Below, piece by piece: positions 57,303 to 64,000 of a DNA stretch of 64,000 bases (positions are counted from its first letter, which is position 1; every line of letters begins with the position of its first letter). The translations under genes were made by a program, and so were the position numbers. This DNA is from Sphingobacterium sp. (GTDB lineage Bacteria > Bacteroidota > Bacteroidia > Sphingobacteriales > Sphingobacteriaceae), in NCBI GenBank assembly GCA_031277715.1, contig JAITLW010000039.1:605-64604 (forward strand), in the 5' to 3' direction. Under the pieces are notes generated by a model. That model ran no database searches. It was not told the DNA's origin and saw only the letters and a program-made list of their open reading frames with translations.

Positions 57303-58358
57303 ATGAAAACAATAAAAGGACCAGGTATATTCCTTGCACAGTTTATTGCAGAAGAAGCACCTTTCAATTCTATAGAAAACATTGCTGAATGGGCTAAATC
57401 TTTAGGCTTCAAGGGGCTTCAGATCCCCACGGGGGACCCTCATTACTTCGATCTACAGAAAGCGGCCGAAAGTAAAACCTACGCCGACGAATATAAAGGT
57501 AAATTAAACGAGCTCGGGCTGGAGATTACAGAGCTTTCTACCCATTTACAGGGGCAATTGGTCGCAGTACATCCTGCTTACGACAAGCTTTTTGATGCAT
57601 TTGCTCCTGAGAAGTTCCGAAATAATCCCAAAGCGCGTACGGAATGGGCTATACAGCAGTTAAAATATGGAGCAAAGGCATCTCAGAATCTAGGTCTTAA
57701 AGCACATGCTACTTTCAGTGGATCCTTGTTATGGCAGTATTTTCACCCTTGGCCTCAGCGGCCAGAGGGGCTGGTAGACGAAGCTTTTACCGAATTGGCA
57801 AGACGTTGGACTCCTATTTTAGATACCTTCGAGGAGTGCGGTGTAGACCTGTGTTACGAGATCCATCCGGGCGAAGACCTCTTCGATGGTGTTACCTATG
57901 AGATGTTCTTAGAAAAGGTAAACAATCACCCTAGAGCTTGTCTTTTGTACGATCCGTCCCATTTTGTATTACAACAATTGGATTACATACAATACATTGA
58001 TTTTTATCACGAGCGTATCAAGGCATTTCACGTCAAAGATTCTGAGTTTAATCCAACAGGAAAACAAGGTACTTTTGGTGGATATCAAAGTTGGTTGAAT
58101 CGAGCTGGCCGATACCGTTCGCCAGGAGACGGACAAGTTGACTTTAAGACCATTTTCAGCAAGCTCAGCCAGTACGGTTACGATGGGTGGGCGGTCATGG
58201 AATGGGAGTGCTGTATCAAGAACCAGATTGATGGTGCTACAGAAGGTTCTAAATTTATTTCGGATCATATTATCCGTGTTACGGACAAAGCATTTGACGA
58301 CTTTGCATCCACAGGAGCGGATGCCGCCTTTAATAAAGAAATACTAGGACTTAGTTAA
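57303..58358 (+). CDS. Sugar phosphate isomerase/epimerase family (xylose-isomerase-like TIM barrel)
   Basis: KGPGIFLAQF, EIHPGEDL, YDPSHF, FHVKD, EWEC metal motifs. Confidence 0.9.
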   Translation: MKTIKGPGIFLAQFIAEEAPFNSIENIAEWAKSLGFKGLQIPTGDPHYFDLQKAAESKTYADEYKGKLNELGLEITELSTHLQGQLVAVHPAYDKLFDAFAPEKFRNNPKARTEWAIQQLKYGAKASQNLGLKAHATFSGSLLWQYFHPWPQRPEGLVDEAFTELARRWTPILDTFEECGVDLCYEIHPGEDLFDGVTYEMFLEKVNNHPRACLLYDPSHFVLQQLDYIQYIDFYHERIKAFHVKDSEFNPTGKQGTFGGYQSWLNRAGRYRSPGDGQVDFKTIFSKLSQYGYDGWAVMEWECCIKNQIDGATEGSKFISDHIIRVTDKAFDDFASTGADAAFNKEILGLS

Positions 58359-58359
58359 T

Positions 58360-58388
58360 AAAAAAGGAGCTCTATTGAGCTCCTTTTT
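58360..58388. terminator. Bidirectional terminator
   Basis: AAAAAAGGAGCTC-TATT-GAGCTCCTTTTT. Confidence 0.85.
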
Positions 58389-58965
58389 ATCTTCCTTTCT
58401 TTTGTAGCGGAAATTTCATCTTATAGCCGACGCGAATCTGTCCTTTTGAGATTTGATCCAGTTTACTCTTTAACATTGTTTTTTTGAGGGGACCCAGTTT
58501 GTCTACGAAAAGCTTTCCTTCGATATGGTCATATTCATGCTGTACGATACGTGCGGCCAACCCTGCTAGATCTTCTTCCTTTTCCTCAAAATTTTCATCC
58601 AGGTAGTTTATCACTACATTGGAAGGACGCATTACCTCCTCATTGATATCCGGGATAGAAAGACAGCCCTCATTGAATGCCCATTTTTCGCCATATTCTT
58701 TCACAATAATAGGGTTAATAAATACCCTTTTGAAATCTTTTAGGTCTGTATCACCGTCTTCATCTTCAGCAAAAGGAGAGCCATCAATGACAAACAAACG
58801 TATAGGTAGCCCTATTTGAGGAGCAGCAAGCCCTACTCCATGTGCTGTATACATTGTTTCAAACATATTATCTATCAATTCCTTTAATTGAGGATAATCT
58901 TCATCTATTTCTTCGGTTTTTTTCCGTAATACCGGATCACCGTATGCTACTATTGGTAATTTCAT
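58387..58965 (-). CDS. def: Peptide deformylase
   Basis: GVGLAAPQIG, EGCLS, QHEYDH. Confidence 0.98.
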   Translation of the reverse strand: MKLPIVAYGDPVLRKKTEEIDEDYPQLKELIDNMFETMYTAHGVGLAAPQIGLPIRLFVIDGSPFAEDEDGDTDLKDFKRVFINPIIVKEYGEKWAFNEGCLSIPDINEEVMRPSNVVINYLDENFEEKEEDLAGLAARIVQHEYDHIEGKLFVDKLGPLKKTMLKSKLDQISKGQIRVGYKMKFPLQKKGR

Positions 58966-59066
58966 TCTTCTTAATCTTTTGCAAAGGTATGAATTTTTAT
59001 TTTTGCGCCACGGATCGATCTATTTTCATCCGGGTGGATTATAATTATTAATCGTAATTTTATACC

Positions 59067-59813
59067 GTGCGGGAATCAAAAAAAGACATCAGACACTTTA
59101 TTCAACTGTTATCGGAACATATTACGATAGAAAAAGTCAACGAACACAATGAATTTTTTGAAGTACACACCGACCGTGTTACACTTTTTATGTACAAACC
59201 TCACACCCATCGTGTCGAGGAGGTCGCAGGGCAGGAGGTGATACATCTCGACTATGATCAGCTCCTCGGTGCCAGGGATAAGATTATTAATCGGCTGAAG
59301 GGGTTGCATGGAAAAGGGGAGCGTATCTACGCCCGGTCTACAGTCGTCGCCCGTATTGACAAGCAGGTTGCAGTAGAATTTCAAGAAGAACATCACCTTC
59401 AGGGAGCACTTCCCGGTAAATATAGATATGGGCTTTTTAACCAGGGAGAGTTGGTATCTGTCGCCGTCTTCAGTGGAGGACGCATTATGTGGCATTTAGG
59501 TACTGATTTTAGATCTTTCGAACTCATTCGATTTTGCCACAAGGGTGACCGGCTTGTTATAGGCGGGCTATCCAAACTATTGAAGGCATTTATAAAAGAA
59601 TTTAAACCACAGGATATCATGACCTATGCAGATAGAGATTGGTGCCAGGATACCTCGTCTTTAGAAACCCTTGGTTTTGAGGTGGTCGATATAACTGCCC
59701 CACAGCGTTTCGCAGTTGTAGAGGGGCAGCGTTTTTCACGTGTTACAGAAGAACAGGCAGTGGACTATTACATTGAAAATAAGGGGAGTTTGAAATTAAA
59801 GCTCTTACTTTAA
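59067..59813 (+). CDS. Hypothetical protein with a phage Hef-associated / Mom-like GNAT domain
   Basis: RIYAR, HHLQG, GL...GELVSV, ELIRFC, GGLSKLL, TYADRDW, LGF motifs; GTG start. Confidence 0.6.
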   Translation: MRESKKDIRHFIQLLSEHITIEKVNEHNEFFEVHTDRVTLFMYKPHTHRVEEVAGQEVIHLDYDQLLGARDKIINRLKGLHGKGERIYARSTVVARIDKQVAVEFQEEHHLQGALPGKYRYGLFNQGELVSVAVFSGGRIMWHLGTDFRSFELIRFCHKGDRLVIGGLSKLLKAFIKEFKPQDIMTYADRDWCQDTSSLETLGFEVVDITAPQRFAVVEGQRFSRVTEEQAVDYYIENKGSLKLKLLL

Positions 59814-59863
59814 ATAGATTTTGCTATTTTAACATCCTTCAACATTAAACTTATAAATTAATT

Positions 59864-61036
59864 ATGGAACGTAGATTACGCATGGGCATGGTCGGTGGAG
59901 GAAAAGACGCCTTTATAGGTGCCGTACACCGTATTGCCGCCTTTATGGATGGAAAGATCGAATTGGTATGTGGCGCTTTCAGTGTAGATCCAGAAATTTC
60001 AAAAGAATCTGGTAGAGAGCTTTTTGTTGCTCCGGACCGAGTCTATCCCGATTATAAAACGATGATCGAAAAAGAGGCTCTGCTGCCTGAGGGCGAGCGG
60101 ATGGACTTTTTGACGATTGTAACCCCCAATTTTTTACATTTTGAACCCGCAAAACTTGCGATGGAAAGTGGCTTTGATGTGGTCGTCGAAAAACCGATGA
60201 CGGTGTCTTTAGAAGAAGCTCTAGCCTTGCAGGACGTTGTAAATAAGACCGGTCGTACCTTATGTCTTACGCACACCTATTCTGGATATCCAATGGTCAA
60301 GCAGGCCAAAGCGATGGTGCGTGAGGGACACTTTGGTAAGATTCGTAAAATCCTTGTCGAGTATCCCCAAGGCTGGTTAAGCCGTCTTTCTGAACGGGAG
60401 GGCAATGCAGGAGCCGCCTGGAGAGCCGATCCAAAGCGTTCGGGAAAATCGTTGGTTATGGGCGATATCGGTACGCACGTTGCACACTTAGCAGAATATG
60501 TATCCGGATTGCGTATCACAGAGCTCTGTGCAGACCTGACTACCTTTGTAGAGGGCCGGTTATTGGATGACGATGGATCTGTACTTTTACGTTTTGAAAA
60601 CGGAGCAAAAGGTGTTCTGATGGCTTCACAGATTTCTGCCGGCGAGGAGAATGCCGTGCGTATCCGTATATATGGCGAAAAAGGGGGATTAGAATGGGTT
60701 AATGAAGATCCAAATAATCTTATCGTCAAGATGTTGGATCAGCCTCGTCAATTGTACCGTACCGGCAACACTTATGCCGCACCTTATACTTTGAGCTCAT
60801 TTGCGACACACAACACACGGATTCCATCGGGGCACCCCGAGGGACTGTTGGAGTCTTTTGCTAATATATACCGCAATTTTGCCCTGACTGTATCTGCCAA
60901 AAGAGTAGGTAAGACACCAAGCCCAGAGGCACTGGATTTTCCTACAGTAGCCGATGGTGTGCGCGGTATGGCATTTATAGATACTGTCGTAAAAAGTAAT
61001 GAGAGTAACGAAAAATGGACTAAGTTTGTGCTGTGA
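59864..61036 (+). CDS. Gfo/Idh/MocA family oxidoreductase
   Basis: GMVGGG..AFIGAVHR, TPNFLH, EKP, DIGTH, GHPEG. Confidence 0.93.
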   Translation: MERRLRMGMVGGGKDAFIGAVHRIAAFMDGKIELVCGAFSVDPEISKESGRELFVAPDRVYPDYKTMIEKEALLPEGERMDFLTIVTPNFLHFEPAKLAMESGFDVVVEKPMTVSLEEALALQDVVNKTGRTLCLTHTYSGYPMVKQAKAMVREGHFGKIRKILVEYPQGWLSRLSEREGNAGAAWRADPKRSGKSLVMGDIGTHVAHLAEYVSGLRITELCADLTTFVEGRLLDDDGSVLLRFENGAKGVLMASQISAGEENAVRIRIYGEKGGLEWVNEDPNNLIVKMLDQPRQLYRTGNTYAAPYTLSSFATHNTRIPSGHPEGLLESFANIYRNFALTVSAKRVGKTPSPEALDFPTVADGVRGMAFIDTVVKSNESNEKWTKFVL

Positions 61037-61947
61037 TAGACAGTACAGATGTCCTCAAATATCTTTATCGGGAAACATCCTTTCTCGATAAAGATATCTT
61101 GATTCTTTTAGGCCCCACAGCTTCGGGCAAAACAAAGCTTGCAGTACAGCTGGCCAAGTCCCTTCAAACAGAGATTATCAGTGCCGATTCGAGGCAGGTC
61201 TACCGACATATGGATATCGGTACAGGCAAGGATATTCAGGAATATGGCGATGTGCCATACCACCTTATTGATATTGCCGATCCTGGTGAGCACTATAATG
61301 TAACCCGATTTTTAGATGATTTTGAGGAGGCTTATCGATCTATAAAAGAAAAAGGAAAGCCCATTATAGTCTGTGGAGGGACCGGGTTTTATATACAAGC
61401 ATTACTCAGCCCCCAGCCCTATAACCAGGTGCCGACCGACATTGTCTGGCGTAGCCTCCAGGAGCAGAAAACAAAGCAGGAACTCCAAGAACAGATTGCT
61501 CAACACCTCATTCCTTCCGATTTCACCATAGATTATACTTCCAAAAAGAGAATGGCTCGCGCTTTAGAGATTTTGAACTGGCTTGCTCAGCCCGGGCATA
61601 CCTTACCAGCCCCTGTACCCGGTTATACTGCGACCATCTTGGGACTGGATCCTGACGTCGAACTTCGGCGCGCTCGAATCAGCCAACGCCTACTTGATCG
61701 ATTGGATCAAGGAATGGTCCAAGAGGTGGAAAACCTGTTACATTCAGGATTGAATCATGATGAGATAGCCTATTATGGACTGGAATACAAATACATTAGT
61801 TATTACCTTCGTGGTCAAATAGAGTATGATGTGTTTTTGCATAAGCTTGGTACCGAGATACATCGGTATGCAAAAAGACAGATGACCTATTTTCGTAAAA
61901 TGGAGAGAGACGGCCACACTATTCATTGGCTCGATAAAATGAAATAA
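61033..61947 (+). CDS. miaA: tRNA dimethylallyltransferase (MiaA family, probably the second Bacteroidota paralog)
   Basis: GPTASGKT, SADSRQVY, DIGTGK, GGTGFY, YAKRQMTYFR. Confidence 0.88.
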   Translation: MIDSTDVLKYLYRETSFLDKDILILLGPTASGKTKLAVQLAKSLQTEIISADSRQVYRHMDIGTGKDIQEYGDVPYHLIDIADPGEHYNVTRFLDDFEEAYRSIKEKGKPIIVCGGTGFYIQALLSPQPYNQVPTDIVWRSLQEQKTKQELQEQIAQHLIPSDFTIDYTSKKRMARALEILNWLAQPGHTLPAPVPGYTATILGLDPDVELRRARISQRLLDRLDQGMVQEVENLLHSGLNHDEIAYYGLEYKYISYYLRGQIEYDVFLHKLGTEIHRYAKRQMTYFRKMERDGHTIHWLDKMK

Positions 61948-61970
61948 AGACTACTTTTTTTGTAGTCTTT
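61946..61970 (+). terminator. Hairpin after miaA
   Basis: AAAGACTAC-T7-GTAGTCTTT. Confidence 0.55.
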
Positions 61971-62071
61971 GTTGTAGGTTTGTGTATCGGAGCTAAATCT
62001 ATAGCTTTGTCGCGAAACAACTTTCATAAACGTTTGTATTATAAATTTGTTAGCTTTAGTGGCGGGTATTA

Positions 62072-62635
62072 ATGAATGACAGTAGATTAACGGATTTTAG
62101 ATTGCTTTTAGAGCGCATTGTCGAGGGGGACGAAAGAGCCTTTTCGCTACTCTATGACCTCTTTTCTGACGATCTAACAAAGCATATCCTATCCAAAGTA
62201 TCGGATGCACAAGTTGCCGAAGATATTCTACACGACCTCTTTCTTTCTCTTTGGCGCAACCGGCACAATATGCTCGATATAGAATCCTTACCGGCCTACC
62301 TATACTCTTCGTGTCGTTACCTTATCTTGGCCCATTACCGTACGGAGTTAAAACGGGCCAATCCTATGGATCTAGAACATTTAGATATTCTTGATGAGAC
62401 AGTTCCTTTAGAAGAGCGTCTTCATTACCGCTATATTATCGACATTGTTTCCAATGAAATCGAAAATCTGCCAGACAAATGCCGTGAAGTTTTCAAACTT
62501 AGCCGGAGTGAATTCTTAAGTAATAAAGAAATCGCTCAACGGTTGGATATTTCGGAGTCTACAGTCGAAAAGCATATTAATAAGGCTATCAGGCGATTAC
62601 GTGATGTGACTAAAAATTTTCTACTTTTTTTCTAA
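62072..62635 (+). CDS. ECF sigma-70 factor
   Basis: GDERAF, AEDILHDLFLSLW, LPDKCREVFKLSR, SNKEIA..L.ISESTVEKHI. Confidence 0.95.
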   Translation: MNDSRLTDFRLLLERIVEGDERAFSLLYDLFSDDLTKHILSKVSDAQVAEDILHDLFLSLWRNRHNMLDIESLPAYLYSSCRYLILAHYRTELKRANPMDLEHLDILDETVPLEERLHYRYIIDIVSNEIENLPDKCREVFKLSRSEFLSNKEIAQRLDISESTVEKHINKAIRRLRDVTKNFLLFF

Positions 62636-62777
62636 ATCGAGTAGAAGGTACCCCTCTTTTTATACACTTATCTATTAACTGACCTTATGTTTTTGACCAT
62701 TTTTGTTTTTTTATGGTTGAAAAGTAACCCTAATTGGGCACTCATTGTGGTTGGTATAAATACACACGAGGGTTTTT

Positions 62778-63899
62778 ATGAAGCACGTACAGCGGCTATA
62801 CCAGCAGATAACAAAATTTTTGAACGCGAAGGAAAAAGACCGTCGGGACGTGATTACTTGGTACGATGATCTCGAAGCAGATCCTTTGATCCAACAAATG
62901 GAACAGGAAGCCATACAGCAACGGGCAAAAAAGCGGCTGTTTGATGCGATAAGTACCGAGTCAAAACGATTTAATACGAAGCGGTTATACCGCTGGTCTG
63001 CCGCCGCGGCTATATTTCTTGTTGGGGGATATTTTGTGTGGAATTCACTTACATCAGCAGATCTCGCTACAGTAGAGCAATTGGCACAGATTCAGCCTGC
63101 AAAGGAGCGCGCTATAATAGTATTGGAGAGTGGAGAGGAAATAGATTTAGATCAGCTTGCACTCAATGAGAGCTTACAGATTGGCGAAACAATCATCACC
63201 AAAGATGCCGAAGGCAAGATCCGCTATCATAATGCCGCCAATGGAGCAGAGAAAGTACAATCTAATAGCCTACGTATTCCCAGGGCGGCGACCTATCAGC
63301 TGACATTGGTTGACGGAACACGAGTTACCCTCAATTCAGAGTCTAAGTTGACGTATCCATCCTCTTTCGGTGTTGGCGATCGTGTGGTACAGCTAGAGGG
63401 TGAGGGGTATTTTGAAGTAACAAAAACCAGCGAAAAGAGCCGCTTTATTGTTGAGGCAAGAGGCCAACGGGTTCAAGTATTAGGGACTAAGTTTAATGTA
63501 AAGTCCTATCCTCAGGAAGACACCGAGCAGACTACTCTAGCAGAAGGAGTAGTACAGGTCAACCTAGCTTCACATACTACCGTTCTCAAGCCTAACCAGC
63601 AAGCAAGTTCTATGGGGCAACATTTAGAAACCAGGACAATCAATATTGATGATGTCTTGAGTTGGACCAAAGGACAGTTCAGTTTTGACGGGAGCAACAC
63701 AGCTGCAGTTTTGCAAGAGATTGCACGCTGGTACGATATTGATATTACGTACGATCGCAAAACTAATACCGGACAGTATATCGGTAAGATTCCGCGCAAC
63801 CTGTCCTTAGATCGACTGGTAGAACTTTTGAATTATGCTGAGCTTAGTACCAAAGCCGTTGTCGGTAGTAACAAACGAATTAACTTAATCATTACATAA
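62778..63899 (+). CDS. fecR: FecR family anti-sigma factor
   Basis: Single TM helix; LVDGTRVTLNSES, LEGEGYFEV, VLGTKFNV, IARWYD. Confidence 0.95.
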   Translation: MKHVQRLYQQITKFLNAKEKDRRDVITWYDDLEADPLIQQMEQEAIQQRAKKRLFDAISTESKRFNTKRLYRWSAAAAIFLVGGYFVWNSLTSADLATVEQLAQIQPAKERAIIVLESGEEIDLDQLALNESLQIGETIITKDAEGKIRYHNAANGAEKVQSNSLRIPRAATYQLTLVDGTRVTLNSESKLTYPSSFGVGDRVVQLEGEGYFEVTKTSEKSRFIVEARGQRVQVLGTKFNVKSYPQEDTEQTTLAEGVVQVNLASHTTVLKPNQQASSMGQHLETRTINIDDVLSWTKGQFSFDGSNTAAVLQEIARWYDIDITYDRKTNTGQYIGKIPRNLSLDRLVELLNYAELSTKAVVGSNKRINLIIT

Positions 63900-63965
63900 T
63901 CTAAAAACATGAAAAAAATCAAAATGGGGTACAATAATTCGGGATAGCCTGATAGATAAACAAAA

Positions 63966-63993
63966 ATCGGATTCTGTTGGCGCAGAACCCGAT
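63966..63993 (+). promoter_or_regulatory. Hairpin downstream of fecR (probable leader of a following SusC/TonB-dependent receptor gene)
   Basis: ATCGG-A-TTCTG-TTGGCG-CAGAA-C-CCGAT preceded by an A-run. Confidence 0.5.
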
Positions 63994-64000
63994 GAGTAGT

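Noticed and set aside
59732-59747. parS-like TTTTTCACGTGTTACA (and half-site TGTTCCACGTGG at 24621)
   Set aside because: Mismatches fall at internal conserved arm positions, and both lie inside CDS
62640-62680. ECF-dependent promoter between the sigma and fecR genes
   Set aside because: Plausible, but -35/-10 elements cannot be defined from a single instance
398-63799. Numerous short antisense or overlapping ORFs in the ORF track (e.g. 9427-9873, 10581-10964, 27965-28342, 46877-47254, 60277-60729)
   Set aside because: They are shadows of well-supported genes on the opposite strand or in another frame, with no recognisable motifs
1-64000. CRISPR array, prophage, IS element, tRNA/rRNA or a recognised defence operon
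   Set aside because: No repeat-spacer array, integrase, transposase, phage structural gene or RNA-gene signature was seen

Overview
This is a core-chromosome segment of a Bacteroidota bacterium. Gene content (gldH, mqnD, long SecA, ECF-FecR pair) and TAnnTTTG promoter motifs suggest Sphingobacteriaceae, probably Sphingobacterium (inference). It holds about 62 CDS, mostly housekeeping: secA, dnaN, holB, dnaA, dxs, nadA/B/D, mnmG, def, gcvT and a leucine/HMG-CoA catabolic cluster. I saw no rRNA, tRNA, CRISPR array or transposase. The window appears to span the replication origin. A DnaA-box cluster with an AT-rich unwinding element lies between divergent nadA and nadB, about 12 kb from dnaA, and two parS sites sit just upstream of mnmG. 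The most unusual items are: (1) a stand-alone phage-type Mom/Hef-like GNAT gene with an apparently eroded nuclease N-terminus, lying with def between two glycoside-catabolism genes that are often neighbours; (2) an animal-type glutamate dehydrogenase with an antenna-like insert; (3) an exported FGE-like protein paired with an unknown secreted partner; (4) tandem LTxxQ (Spy/CpxP-like) genes sharing 10-bp-phased KTTAA repeats; (5) several unexplained structured intergenic elements. All family calls come from motif recognition by eye; no database searches were run.
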